A stretch of DNA of 62,806 nucleotides, the filler included, from Chiloscyllium plagiosum (taxonomy: Eukaryota), in NCBI RefSeq assembly GCF_004010195.1. It is 4 parts of one record of this genome, joined end to end, with 100 filler letters (N's around TTAATTAATTAA, not from the genome) between each part and the next. Parts side by side here need not be neighbours in the genome. Positions count along the whole stretch, not along the records: positions 8,799 to 34,575 come from NC_057716.1; positions 34,676 to 53,691 come from NC_057716.1; 2 more parts are not named here. One strand, given 5' to 3'. The notes under the pieces are model-generated. The model was not told the origin of the DNA and made no database searches. It worked only from the letters and a program-made list of their open reading frames with translations. Shown piece by piece: positions 27,369 to 40,875 of the stretch. The first letter of the stretch is position 1; the number at the start of each line of letters is the position of its first letter. Both the position numbers and the translations under genes were made by a program.

Positions 27369-28672
27369 AATCATAGAGATTTACAGCACGGAATCAGACC
27401 CTTCGGTCCAACCCGTCCATGCCGACCAGATATCCCAATCCAATCTAGTCCCACATGCCAGTACCCGGTCCATATCCCTCCAAACCCTTTCTATTTGTAT
27501 ACCTATCCAGATGCCTCTTAAATGTTACAATTGTACCAGCCTCCACCACATCCTCTGGCAGCTCATTCCATACACGTACCACCCTCTGCATGAAAAAGTT
27601 GCCCCTTAGGTCTCTTTTATATCTTTTTCCTCTCACCCTAAACCTATGCCCTCTAGTTCTGGACTACCGGAACCCAGGGAAAAGACTTTGTCTATTTATC
27701 CTATCCATGNNNNNNNNNNNNNNNNNNNNNNNNNNNNNNNNNNNNNNNNNNNNNNNNNNNNNNNNNNNNNNNNNNNNNNNNNNNNNNNNNNNNNNNNNNN
27801 NNNNNNNNNNNNNNNNNNNNNNNNNNNNNNNNNNNNNNNNNNNNNNNNNNNNNNNNNNNNNNNNNNNNNNNNNNNNNNNNNNNNNNNNNNNNNNNNNNNN
27901 NNNNNNNNNNNNNNNNNNNNNNNNNNNNNNNNNNNNNNNNNNNNNNNNNNNNNNNNNNNNNNNNNNNNNNNNNNNNNNNNNNNNNNNNNNNNNNNNNNNN
28001 NNNNNNNNNNNNNNNNNNNNNNNNNNNNNNNNNNNNNNNNNNNNNNNNNNNNNNNNNNNNNNNNNNNNNNNNNNNNNNNNNNNNNNNNNNNNNNNNNNNN
28101 NNNNNNNNNNNNNNNNNNNNNNNNNNNNNNNNNNNNNNNNNNNNNNNNNNNNNNNNNNNNNNNNNNNNNNNNNNNNNNNNNNNNNNNNNNNNNNNNNNNN
28201 NNNNNNNNNNNNNNNNNNNNNNNNNNNNNNNNNNNNNNNNNNNNNNNNNNNNNNNNNNNNNNNNNNNNNNNNNNNNNNNNNNNNNNNNNNNNNNNNNNNN
28301 NNNNNNNNNNNNNNNNNNNNNNNNNNNNNNNNNNNNNNNNNNNNNNNNNNNNNNNNNNNNNNNNNNNNTCAAGTTTGTGAGACATGATTTCCCACACACA
28401 AAGCCATGTTGACTATTCCTAATCAGTCCTTGCCTTTCCAAATATATGTACGTCCTGTCCCTCAGGATTCCCTCCAACAACTTGCCCACCACCGAGGTCA
28501 GGCTCACTGGTCTATAGTTCCCTGGCTTGTCTTTACTGCCCTTCTTAAACAGTGGCACCATGTTTGCCAACCTCCAGTCTTCCGGCACCTCACCTGTGAC
28601 TATCAATGATACAAATATCTCAGCAAGAGGCCCAGCAATCACTTCTCTAGCTTCCCACAGAGTTCTCGGGAA
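27369..28672 (-). mobile_element. CR1 LINE (5'-truncated) nested in the Gypsy element
   Basis: ORF2 motifs VPEDWRLANMVPLFKKG..PGNYRPVSLTS and RVVRVWNELPEDVVEAGTI; CR1 3' UTR. Confidence 0.92.
27710..28368. other. Assembly gap inside a CR1 element
   Basis: Plain N run without the linker; both flanks are collinear minus-strand CR1 ORF2. Confidence 0.9.
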
Positions 28673-31467
28673 CTTCCTTCATGTCCATCTCTGATTCAGA
28701 GGATTCAACAATGTTAGATGGAGAGGGTGAATCAGCAGATTCCTGAAATATTTCTGATGGCTCAGAGAGGGAGGGCAGATTTTGCTCTCACAGTCTGCAA
28801 ATTTGCAGCTTTCAAATGGTCCTTCTTTCAGGGCAGTCGCACCTACATGAACTTTAGAAGTCACTGGTCTTGATCATGCCATTCAACCAAAAGAGGCCAC
28901 TTCCATGATTCTTGCACCAAATTGTCCATTCCACTTGGCGGAGTCTTGGGTTTGGCATTGGAGTTCCTGCTGCGATTTCACTCCCCATTAGCAATTTTGA
29001 CAGTGCCATCCCTATAGTTGTATGTGGGATAGTCATAGAATCAATCAAGAACTATGAATGCTTGCTATCTCTTGAGGCTATAGGTTGTTTCTTCAGTCTA
29101 GCCTTCAAAGTTTGGACTGCTCTTTCTGCCAGGCCATTGATGGTAGGTTATATAGAACTGCTCTATTATGTTGAATCCCATTCAACTTTGGCTATAGTCC
29201 CTGTTGGTAAACAAAGGCCCACTATCTGTGACCAATACCTTCGTGACTCTGTGTCGCAGTAAATGTGTGCAATTTTTCTATCATCGCTCCAGTGTTTGAT
29301 GAATCGATTGTACATCCAACTACTTTGACTACATATCTGCAATGACTAAAAGCATTGATCCCATGAAAGGACCTCCATAGTCGACATGTAACCGAGTCCA
29401 AGGTTTACCTGGCCATTCACACGGATGTGGGGAAGCTGCTGATGGTGAATTTTGACCTTGTTGACAGTCTGGGCACTGTCCTACACCGACTATGTCTGCG
29501 TCCAAGGTGTGGCCAGCAGACATAACTCTTGCACACATCTTCATTTTGGATACCCGTGAAGGGCTCTGTGTTCAGCCAATACTTGATGGCAACCTTGGCT
29601 CAGAACAATCATCTCGTTCTCCCTAACACTATGCCCTCCTTTTAAATGGACTGATCCCTCCAGGTCCAAAGAGGTTTTAATTCTAGCTACGATGCCCTTT
29701 GGTTTCCCCCATTAATACCAATTGTTTCAGTTTGGTAAGGACTACATCCTTCTGTGTCCAGAGTCTGATGTTGCTGGCTGTGGCTGGTAGCATGTCCAGA
29801 AAATTCAAAGTCATGACCGACTCTTCCACTGGGGATACTACAGGTGGTATATCTGCTAATGGAAAGTGACTTAATGCATCTGCATTTGCTACTTGGCCTA
29901 CCAGATAGTTTCTCATTGTGATTATAAGCACTTTAATATTAAAGTCCACTGCTGACTGTGGCCCGAAACTAGGTATTCATGGAACTTTCTGATTCCAAAT
30001 ATGACCATCAACCCTTTTTTATCTATTTGGGCATTTTATGCTCTGCATTAACCAAAATCCTGGATGAATAAACTATTGGGCATTTCTCTTCAGTGGGCCA
30101 TCTATGATCTAATATCACGCTGATGCAATCCGGGGAGGCATTGCATGTCAATAACCAGATCTAGCTTTGGATCATAGTGTTCCAATACCTTAGAGGAGGA
30201 TAGTTGTTTCTTGACTTCTGCTAAAGCTGGGGCCTGTCTATGAGATCATTTCCAAGTCTGACCCTTTTATAGAAGTTAATGTAATGGTGCCAAGGTGGAT
30301 GCCATATTATGAACTTGCCATAATAATTTACTAGACCTAGAAATGACCTCAGCTCCGGTACAGACATGGGGGCCAGAGCACCTTTGATCACCCACACTGT
30401 CTTCCAACAGATGTAATGCAGTCTTATTGACTCTATAACCCAATTAGGTCACTTGGGGGACCTGGAGCACACATTTCCCCTTCTTAAGCATATGCATGTC
30501 TTTAAGAAATGCCTTAGGACTATCTTCAAATTCTGAGTGTTCCTTATTAGTTTTCTCTGCTATCAGAATGTTATCTAGGTAAACGGCAAAATGTTCTCCA
30601 TCATCCCCTGACAAATTAAACAGGTTGACAATAAGTCAACTGGCAGTCTTGTATATTGAGACAGCCGCTTATGGCTGTTAATTGTAGCATATTTCAGAGA
30701 ATCCTGGTCTAAATCCAGTTGCAAGTAAACCAGGCTCATGCCAAGTTTTGTGAAGGACAAACCTCCTGCCAGCTTTACATACCCATTGCATCGGATAGAG
30801 GATTTGTATGTAACCAGCTGTGAAAAGCAGTTTACTGTTTGATTAAAATTCCCACAAAGGCAAACTAACCCATCGGGCTTCAAAATCAATATGGCCAATG
30901 CTGCTCCTTCCGCGAATTAGGGTAATTTGACGATTACTTCACTTTCCAGTCTTCTAAGTTTTGCTTCTGCTTTTGCCCATAAGGCAAAAAACACTGGACT
31001 GCCCTTGTAGAATCGCAGCATTGCTTCTTGGTCAACATGTGAAGTTGCTTTGGATCCTCTGATCGTCTCTAGACCTTCCCAGAAAACAACTGAGTATTTA
31101 ATTAGAACTTCACTCAGGTAACCATTCTGTAATTGAGAAATGTTGAGCGAATCCAAGTGAATCTCTTCCAACCAATTTCATCCCATCAAACTTGGGTCCG
31201 AGCCTTCTACTACAATCACTGGTAATTTAACCAGAACAGAGTTTGTACCCTTAATCTGCAGAGGTTCCCAGGTATAGGTTCTCAGCCTAGTTGATGTTTT
31301 ACACAGAATTTAGGGGTTGCAGTCCAAAGTGAATTTTATTACAAACTGGTTCTGCGATCACTGGTAAGACTATACCAGTATCAAACTCCATTTAAACCAA
31401 ATGGCCACTTAACCAGATGTTTACCTTGATTGTTTCTAAGCAATTTATCTGTTCCAAACCAGATGCA

Positions 31468-31594
31468 GGGAGGAGTGAGGACTGCAGATGCTGGAGCTCA
31501 GAGTCGAGAGTGTAGTGCTAGAAAAGCATAGCAGGTCAGGCAGCATCTGAGGAGCAGGAGAATCAATGTTTCGGGCATAAGCCCTTCATCAGGA
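31468..31594 (-). mobile_element. Family B pLTR fragment with hammerhead motif, nested in the Gypsy element
   Basis: Reverse complement reads TCCTGATGAAGGGCTTATGCCCGAAACATTGATTCTCC...GCATCTGCAGTCCTCACT, homologous to 34676-34800. Confidence 0.75.
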
Positions 31595-34139
31595 TTTGAA
31601 TTGCCTACACTCAAGTGGAGTTCCCCAAGCTTAGGAGGACTGGCAAGGGTGTCAACTTCCATCTGAATACTTTGCAGCTCATGCTTCTCTTACAGCAATT
31701 TCCAATGATAAAGCCAATTGTAGCACCTTTGAAGTCCAGTTGAGTTTCACCCAGTAGGTTATTTGCATAGTCATATCATTAATCCTACATACTAGACGCA
31801 GTCTCTAAGAATCTCATTAAGGGTTAAACTAAATTCACAGGTTCTTGCCAGTTATCTTAACATAGTCAAAAACCCCAATATGGGTTCCCCTTGTTCTCAA
31901 ATTGCCAAGTAAAAGTGATAGTATCTCAGAGTTAAAGGAAGCTTGAGGTCATAATATTCCTTAACTATGTCAGTCAGTTCTTGAAAGATTTTAGTGGTAT
32001 CTCGGGAAACATTAGGCTCCTAATGACAGAAAAAGCTGCAGTTTCACAGGCTATCAGGAGAATTACTCTTTTTTTTCATCTGCTACATATCATTTGCCTG
32101 AAAAAAACACATTCTTTCCAGTCCTCAATGGCAGGGTTGACCAAATCAAGCCCAGAGGTTTAAAAAAATGCTTACACCAACTTCAAAACAGCTGCTGGTG
32201 AGAGTTTCTTCAGGATTGTGCTTTACTCTCGTCACCACTGAAATGCCTCTTCAAATGCTGGCATCTCATCACCAATCACCCTCTATTCACAGATGTATCG
32301 TTTTTGATAATAGCACTACCTTGCACTGAGTCAGGCATTCAGGGTTCAAAATCCCTGACATTCACCCTTTTATGTCAGCCAGGGCTCCCTGATTGGACCG
32401 GATTGACAGCCCCACTCAGGGAACTTGTATGTTATGAAGTCCAGCTGGCTGACCTCGTTACAATCACCACAGTTCCAAGCAGGTATAATTTATGCAACTT
32501 ATCTGCATATTCTGTCGGTTTCTGTACTTCTAGTTTCACGTTTCTGAAGTAGGATTGCTAGAATAAGAGAAATTTGTCCCTTGTGTACTTTAAATCAAAA
32601 AGTAATTGTGCTGTTTCACCATATGATTTGTAGATTGTTTGCAGTGTGTGGAAGAAGAGAGACCGAGTTCTGGTTTAAAATATATCAAATTAATTAAAGT
32701 TCAAATGCAATCAAGTTAATTTTTCCTTTTTTCTAGAAATGTGGGATAGTGATAAAACTCCAAAAAGGTTTTTATTTGGGAGGAAAGAGCAATATGCATC
32801 TTTTCCCACAAGAAAGAATTAATTATACAGAATGGAATGAATGGGTGCATTGGATAGAATCTATAGGAAAATAAACTATTCGAACATGTGATTTAGGTTT
32901 TATTGTCATGTGTATTCCAGTACAGAAGTACAGGATTAATGTGAAAAGTATATAATGTCACCCCACACAGTGCCATCTTCGGTACAAAGATAAAAAAACG
33001 TAGGTACAAAGTAGTAAAAGAAACAAGGTTTTAAAAATTTGAGCCTTACCTTAGGGAATAAGTAGAAAAATAAAAAAAAGGTAATGGTCAATATGAAAGT
33101 CCTTCTTAATATATGATAGAAAAATAAAGGAATAAAGTTAAGAGTTCAAAGTCTTTGATAAATCCTCTGCTGAGCTCGCTCTCCAAGAGACTTCAGCTGC
33201 ACATTCTCAACGCCACTGCCACATGTGCTGAAGTTCTGAATAATGAATGCCTCGAGAAAGTTTAACTTCTTTGGTTTTTGTTGAATGCCCTTGGCATGGA
33301 GTTTAGAATTTAGGGGAATTTTTTTATGTTATGCAGATATACATTGCCAAGAGTGTGAAGCTTTTCTATAGTCCTTCAATGAGAGATTCATGTATTTAGC
33401 CTTTCCTATAGAAAAGACTCTGAAAGCAAGTCAAAGGTGGCCTCGTCTATTTTCAGAAGCATCAAACATTATGAGAATCATACCAGATGACTATAGTCTG
33501 CCATATATAGTACCCGATTCACTCAATGCTTCACAAAATAAAGCTGATGACTTTTCAGACCAAAGGAAACTTTGCACCAGGATCTGGAAAGGAAAGAGAC
33601 AACTCACCATTTGGCCTTTGTTTCTCTGCTAACTTCCATTCCACAAAATAACCCTCAAAAAGTCATATTACTCTGCTACCAGTGGGTATTACAGTGATAG
33701 ATTAGAACATCACTGTTTTACACCAAGTAGAATGCTGTCTCATTTGGTGCAAAAGCATGAGAAACTGTCCGCGAAAGCCTTATTCCTTTTTCTTTTTTCT
33801 ATAGAAGTAACCAAAGTGAAGTCCTGCACAGAAGGACATCACCAAATGATTGGCTGCAGAAGAATTTTGTTTTAAAGAGCTCAAATCAGAAAGTAGGGAT
33901 TGTCTGGTGAAAAGCCAGGATGGAGTCAAAACCTTGGAATTGTGATAAAGATGAGTTAAAATACATTCATTGACTGAGCCAGAATTTATTGTCCATCCTT
34001 AATTGCCCTGGAACATTATCGTTTCTGTATTGAAGATGTAGGTTGTGGAATGAGTGAAAGAATTGAGTATTTGGAACTTAGAATGAGTAAAATGAAAATA
34101 CTCTGAAGAAGATTATTATTATAGTGCTAATAGAAAAAG

Positions 34140-34575
34140 ATGATTCTATTCGTTTTAAAATAGTGATGGAAAAGGATAGACCAGATCTAAAAATTGAAGT
34201 TCTAAATTGGAGAAAGGCCAATTTTGACGGTATCAGGCAAGAACTTTCGAAAGCTGATCGGAGGCAGATATTCGCAGGTAAAGGGACGGCTGGAAAATGG
34301 GAAGCCTTCAGAAATGAGATAACAAGAATCCAGAGGAAGTATATTCCTGTCAGGGTGAAAGGGAAGGCTGGTAGGTATAGGGAATGCTGGATGACTAAAG
34401 AAATTGAGGGTTTGGTTAAGAAAAAGAAGGAAGCATATGTCAGGTATAGACAGGATAGATCGAGTGAATCCTTAGAAGAGTATAAAGGAAGTAGGAGTAT
34501 ACTTAAGAGGGAAATCAGGAAGGCAAAACGGGGACATGAGATAGCTTTGGCAAATAGAATGAAGGAGAATCCAAA
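34140..34575 (+). mobile_element. CR1 ORF2 fragment (between endonuclease and RT)
   Basis: LNWRKANFDGIRQEL...EIRKAKRGHEIALANRMKENP; open to contig end. Confidence 0.9.
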
Positions 34576-34675
34576 NNNNNNNNNNNNNNNNNNNNNNNNN
34601 NNNNNNNNNNNNNNNNNNNTTAATTAATTAANNNNNNNNNNNNNNNNNNNNNNNNNNNNNNNNNNNNNNNNNNNN
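34576..34675. other. Artificial contig spacer
   Basis: Same 100-nt design; flanks are unrelated repeats. Confidence 0.95.
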
Positions 34676-34800
34676 CTGAAGAAGGGCTTATGCCCGAAAC
34701 GTCGATTCTCCTGTTCCCTGGATGCTGCCTGTCCTGCTGCCCTTTTCCAGCAACACATTTCCAGCTCTGATCTCCAGCATCTGCAGACCTCACTTTCTCC
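34676..34800 (+). mobile_element. Family B pLTR with canonical hammerhead core (cut by contig edge)
   Basis: CTGAAGA-A-GGGC-ttat-GCCC-GAAAC-GTC at 34676-34703, followed by the same tail as the 24.6 kb copy. Confidence 0.78.
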
Positions 34801-34849
34801 TCTCTGTTAACCTTAGCCAATATTGAGCAAACACCAATTTTCTGAGGAC

Positions 34850-35800
34850 AGATAATCTGAAATTTAACAAACTCTTCAGATGGTGTGATTACATTAATAT
34901 CTTTCCATGAAATTGACAATGTGAAACATGTGTTCAGCACCCTTTGTCTCATGGTTTACATTGTCAGTTTTTGGACTGTCAAATGCTTCATATATTTGGC
35001 TCTGGTGGGATACCATATGGTCTTTATTATCATTTGTGAAGATATTCCTCTTGTGTAGTTTATTTGGGTAGAGTGCACAGCTCTTTGTGCCTGCGTCATT
35101 CTTTACTCTGGTGCACTGCGTTTGGCAACGGCTTTTTCTGCTACATCTCTTGCAAAATTCAGTGAAAGCTTTGCATTGTCTTGATGTATGTCGAAGCTAC
35201 CTACATGATTTATTGTGTTTGGGTATTCTAGTTATTGCATCAACCATTGAATTTTTATTTAGGACCTGGAAGCTTTATCAACCTGCTATGTCATACTTAA
35301 GGTCCATCTTACAGCTACTTTTCCACGCTGTAAATCTTCAGTTGGTCTGGCAACATTTTCTAGAAAGTTCCCATGGGTGTGGATGTGACCTCCAACTCAA
35401 CAATACATTTTCCTCATTCCACATCCGAAAATTCACATTTTCTTTCTCTGCATCTTTGGATTCTATAGGCTTCTGTCCAAATGACATGAATTCTGGTCAA
35501 TGAATATGGAAGTTTAATTTGAATCTAAATTGGTCTTCTAATGTAGCCCAAAGCTTTTCTGGCTCTTTTAGCTCTTTGGTTGACAAGATAAGTCTGTGTA
35601 GAGATTTAATTCCAGTTGCTAAGCAAATCTTAATGGTTTGCTTTTTTGCATTGGACACAACCAAATTTAGCTTTGGATGCTGTCAAATAATTCAAGTTCT
35701 GTCAACTGCAAATTTGAAGTAAATTTAAAATGTCCTTCCCTTGCTTTCTAGTCATCCAACAGACATCCTCATCTCTTGCCTTTCTCAAGTGAGTCAAACT
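34850..35800 (-). mobile_element. Decayed Gypsy gag fragment
   Basis: Minus strand reads LKEPEKLWATLEDQFRFKLNFHIH*PEFMSFGQKPIES and a Cys-rich knuckle-like HTSRQCKAFTEFCKRC. Confidence 0.55.
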
Positions 35801-35899
35801 GGCCTCTCAATAAGGAATTGTCTATCTGCCAACAAGCTGTGTTTTCAGCACTTTCTACCGCTGTGATGAACAATGACATTGAGGGTTACCTCATGTAGG

Positions 35900-36215
35900 G
35901 TAGGACAGTGGCTCAGTGGTTAGCACTGTGGCCTCACAGCACCAGGACCCAAGTTCAATTCCACTCTCGGGCAACCATCTGTGTGGTGTTTGCCCATTCT
36001 CCCCATGTCTGCATGGGTTTGCTCTGGTTTTCTCCCACAGTCCAAAGATATGCAGATGAATTGGCCATGCTAAATTACACATAGCGTGTAGGGTAGGTGG
36101 GTTAGCCATGGAAATTGCAGGGTTACAGGGGTGGGGTGGGTCAGATTGGAATGCTCTTCAGAAAGTCGGTATGGACTGAATGGCCTGCTTCCACACTATA
36201 GGAAGTCCATGATAT
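35900..36215 (+). mobile_element. HE1-type SINE (older)
   Basis: cagtggctcagtggttagcac...cccacagtccaaaga. Confidence 0.85.
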
Positions 36216-36684
36216 GCCACGTCTATGATGATATGTACTTTAGACCATACTATTAACCATGTATTTGAACTGTGGATTAACTTTCTCGATAACTGTTGAA
36301 GCATGATTTGCTTCATCGACACAGTGTTTTCCACTGCTATTAATCACGATATGTTAATGATAATGGTGTAATAACCATTCTCTTGTCTAGACCTTTCCAT
36401 GCCCCTAGCCAAGCTGGACCAGTACGGTTACAACACTGGTATTACCCAATAATGTGAAAAATTGCCCAGAATGCCCTGCACACAAAATGAAGAACAAATC
36501 CTACCCAAAAGGAGTAATCAAGCAGCAATAACTCCTTAGTGATGCTCAATTTGGGTTCCTCCACTGCAGTCAGATCTTGGCCTCATTCTAGCCTTGAACA
36601 AAAGAGCTGTAGGAAGTATCTTGAGTCAGAAAAATATATCATTTTGTGCACGGATAATAAAGTTGCCAATTGTTTTTATTTTAG

Positions 36685-36958
36685 GCTGGCACATTGGCTC
36701 AGTGGTTGGCACCAGGGTCCCAGGTTCAATTCCAGCCTCAAGTCACTTCTATGTGGAGTTTGCACATTCTCTCTGTGTCTGTGTGGGTTTCCTCCCACAG
36801 TCCAAAGATGTGCAGGTCAGGTGAATTGACCATGCTAAATTGCCCCTAGTGTTAGGTGCATTAGTCAGAGGGAAATGGGTCTGGGTGGGTTTCTCTTTGG
36901 AGGGTCGGTGTGGACTTGTTGGGCTGAAGAGCCTGTTTCCACACTGTAGGGATTATAA
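36685..36958 (+). mobile_element. HE1-type SINE
   Basis: Same core and tail. Confidence 0.88.
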
Positions 36959-37614
36959 TCTTTTCAATACTGTACTTTGAATAATTAATCAGGTGTTTTG
37001 CTGTTTGTTTTATACAACTCTGCTCACCACAACTGCTTTTCATCTGGGAATTTGTTTGTTTATTTATTTAATTTTTCTTGTTCATTCATGGCCTCCCATT
37101 TAATGCCTATCTCTAATTAGTTTAGTAAAGGCAGTAGAGAGCTGTCTTCTTGAATCACTGCAGTGCTTGGGTGATAGGGGACATCCACTGTGCTGTTAGT
37201 GAGAGATTTCTTGGACTTACATCGACCAACAGTGAAGAGAGGAAGATAGAGTTCCTAATCAGGATGTTGTGTGACTTGGAGGAAAACTTGCCAACATTGC
37301 AGTTCCCATGCATCTGCTGTCCTAGTTGGTAGAAATCACAGGTTTGAGTATACTGCTGAGGGAGCCTGAATCATTGCTCAAATGCCAATGTCTCTATTCT
37401 TGTCCTTTGAATTAGAAGAGGTTGAAGACATGGAAGATTCTATATTTAAATGAGGAATCATAGGTATATAAGAGGATGGACAGACCTTATTTGGTAACCT
37501 CTGTTTCAATACTTGCAGGATTCATAGAATTTGAAACTTTTCACCAATTCCTTTAAAGATTCTGGTATGTATCCATTATCCCAGATGAGTTGAGCTAAAT
37601 TGGGACATAGATGG

Positions 37615-37965
37615 AATTATAGAATCCTTGCAGTGCAGAAGGGTGCCATTCAGCCCATCGAGTCTGCACCAATGCTCTTGGGAGCATCCCACCATAAACC
37701 ATCTTCCCTCCATCCCTATAACGCCACATGATATTTTTTGCTAAGACAAATCCACATATCCTTGGACTCTACAGGGCATTTTTTTCTTTTACCATGGCTA
37801 ATCCATTTAACCTGCACATCTTTGCACGGAGGAAGGAAACTGAAGCACACAGAGGAAGCCCAGATAGACACAGGGAGAATGTGCAAACTCACACACACAA
37901 TGGCCAGAGGCTGGAATCGAACCCAAGTCCCTGGCGCTATGGGGCAGCAATGCTAACCACTGACC
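37615..37965 (-). mobile_element. HE1-related SINE (older)
   Basis: Minus-strand A/B boxes and core. Confidence 0.8.
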
Positions 37966-39439
37966 TACCCTAGAAGCAAACAGAGGATCTACCAGATCTG
38001 ATGTGAATGAATCACACAAGGGAGGACACAATAATGTGAAGTAGACTTTGTATTCCAAGCTTCAGACAAGTTTAAAGGTACAGCAATCATGTTTGTGCAG
38101 ACGCCTGGCTATATGGTCCTCTGTTTGAACTGGTAAGATGTTGATTATAACTGTGTGTAATTCATTAAGTTTTGAGTCCATTGAGAGAGAATAAGAAACA
38201 TGAAATATCCATCTGAGAAACTTTGCAGCTGGTTTCACTCAGTTGAATTTGACAAGGAACAATTAGCCCTTCAGAGAGTGGGAACTGCTCAATTCAGCTC
38301 TTTGCTTTTGTGAAATTGTGTTTGGTTTCTCAAATCAAACCAAAATAAAAAGATGCCAGAGAGAATAGAATTAAAAGTCTGGCACATACGTCAATATGTC
38401 AACTCTGAAGTAGGTGGCACAGGATCTGAAAGATCCAGAAAGACGCAACCAGATGGCCACTTGCAGGACTGAGACAGTGACTTCTGCCACTAATGTCAAC
38501 ACGGACTTTTTCTGCCTTTTCTTCCTCAGTTGCTGCAAATCTTGCAGATCCCTGTAATTAACTTTCTTTTCTTCTAGAAGTGAACCTGCAGCTGTTGTGG
38601 TCAGCTAATTAATGGTACCTATTGCTATTGATTTGCAAGTAATGACAAAATGATTGCAATCCTCGGAGATCATAATATAACTTTTGTTTTATTTTAAAAA
38701 TTCAGTTTCCCCAAAAGAGACTCCTTTGGTAATTTGAAAGAATTTGAATTTCAGAAGGCTGGTAAATGTGGCAGATAAACCTTGTCAAAGTTGACAAGAT
38801 GTTACTGTGGCAAATACATTATTAATGTAATTCAAATTCAAATTGTATTCATTTACCACACTGCAGATGCTACCCTCTTAAAGGAAACCTATTAAAATAT
38901 TGTGTTTGTTGCCTTTCTATAAAACTGTAGAGCAGGTTTTAGATACGAAGCTGTTTTTTTCTGTACTTTGCACCATTGTAACACAATTTCGTTTTTACAC
39001 ACGTCTCCACTATTTATTATTTCTTTTTTTCAATGCAGAAGAAAGGCTCCCAAAAGAGCCTATTAATATGATGTGCCACTCCAGCTCACATGTTGTTTTC
39101 AGAACTGACTCCAGTCTCCCAACCGAGTGCCTCCATTACACTCAGCTAGTCTTCTGGCTCCATGGCAACTCCCATAAGTTTGTCAGCCCAAGAGCAACTC
39201 GGCAAGTTCCACTCCCCTGCCCTTCCCACACAAGCCAGCAATTTGTTTTCTCTTTAGGTGCTTATCTAATTTCCTTTTGAAAAACAAGAATTGAACCTGC
39301 CTCCACACCTTCTCAGGTAGTGCTTTCAGATCCTTGCCACCGCTGCATAACAATATATTCCATCACATTGAATTCTTGAAATTGCCCATTGAATTCCTCT
39401 GATAATTTCCTCAGGTGTGCACAGAAAGTTTCTGGAGGG

Positions 39440-40300
39440 AACAAATTTTCTTTGACTTTGACTTTTTTTCTCATATTTTCTCCAGACTCGGAAAGTGTTG
39501 CAGTATTTTATTTTTAATTGGGTGGACCACAGATCCAGTTTAAATCTGAATGCATTCTGAACACTAGGTGCTAAGTGTTTGTTTTTTCCCCTGCAATTCC
39601 CAGTTCAGCTCATTCAATTTCAATGGTACATCTATAAGGAACCTGAAGTCGAGCAACCACGCATAGTCTGACATCTCACTACACACTTCACTCCTTAAAT
39701 TAAAGAATGTGACGATTTAAGACATCAGATCAAAAAAAATTATTGTGGGACTTTCCCTCAACTTAACCATTCCACAGCAACATGGAGGATTAATTCACTG
39801 TAGGCAGCATCGAGTCTGTTCAGTACGGATTTGAACAAGCAGTGTTGAAGGGCTCTTACTCAAATAGTTTACAATTTTAACAACAACTTTCATGATATGA
39901 GAAAAGTCTATGACTTTCCTCATTGATGCTTGCTGGTGGATTGTACAGTGGTAATTGTCAAAAGAGGGGAAAGCCAGGATCATTTCTGTGCAATGCAACA
40001 AAGCCCACATTTCCAAGTGTGGCTGGTGCACCCTTCCTTAGTTATGATGGAAACCAGTTTCTTGTTTGGAATGTTTTTCCTTAAGCATGTTCCTTTTGAA
40101 TTTGTTGCAGATCTCCTTACCCTTGTTCTCTCGTTAAGGAGCAAAAGGAACTGCTTTAGTGATTATGTCTTTTAAAACCACGCACACATGTTGGTGGAGT
40201 CATTGAACTGCAGTGACAAGTGTTCACAGCCCTTCAGCTCCTGCTCTGGTTGCTTAATCTTCGGACAAAGATTCCACTCATCATGTTATGGTGGAAGTAG
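39440..40300 (-). mobile_element. hAT (Charlie/SPIN-like) transposase remnant
   Basis: YHCTIHQQASMRKVIDFSHIMKVVVKIVNYL resembles the hAT HCxxHQ...VVKIVN motif. Confidence 0.7.
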
Positions 40301-40349
40301 CAAGTGACATGTTTTGGATTGCCATTATTATTTCTTCTTTGTTCTCAAC

Positions 40350-40875
40350 TGCAATCCTGGGTGACTTTAATGTATCTATAGATTGGACAAACAAAACTCG
40401 CAATGGTATAGTGGAGGATGATTTCCTGGAATGGGTTCGTGAAAGTTTTTTTTTAGACCCGATATGTTAAAAGAATTAGAGATCAGGCTATTCTAGACTG
40501 TGTACTGAGAAAGGATTCATTAACAATCTTGTTGTGTAGGTGTCCCTTGGGAAACAGCAATCATAATATGAAACCTTCCTTCATTAATGTGGAGAGGAAA
40601 GTAGGCACATCCAAAACTAGGGCCCTGAATCTAAATGAAGAGATCCTCAAGAGTATGAAGTGAAAGCTGGCAAGGATGGACTGAGGAGCTTACTTCAGGA
40701 GTTAATGGCGGACAGGCAATGGTTCATATTTAAAGAACATGTGCATGAATTACAACAGTTATTTATTTCTGTCTGGTGCAAAAACAAAAGGGTAAGGTGG
40801 CTCAATCATGGCTTACAAAAACAAAAAGAGACAGTACTAAATCCAAAGAGGTGACATATAAAATTACCAGAAAGT
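40350..40875 (+). mobile_element. Old CR1 endonuclease-region fragment
   Basis: ILGDFNVSIDW motif. Confidence 0.75.

Larger units (their letters stand above)
26942..32471 (-). mobile_element. Decayed Ty3/Gypsy LTR retrotransposon (Mag-like) with both LTRs
   Basis: TG..CA direct repeats 26942-27160 and 32239-32471; PBS TGGTGACGAG beside the right LTR, purine tract beside the left LTR; minus-strand remnants of RT (KPDGLVCLCGNF...YTRLP), RNase H end (NADALSHFP) and integrase (HPCEWPGKPWTRLHVDYGGPF); many stops and frameshifts. Confidence 0.9.

Noticed and set aside
27455..28642. Long ORFs of 233-313 aa
   Set aside because: They read through an N gap inside a CR1 element.
37519..37564. Exon-like segment ttgcag...gtatgt
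   Set aside because: Stop codons in all three frames.
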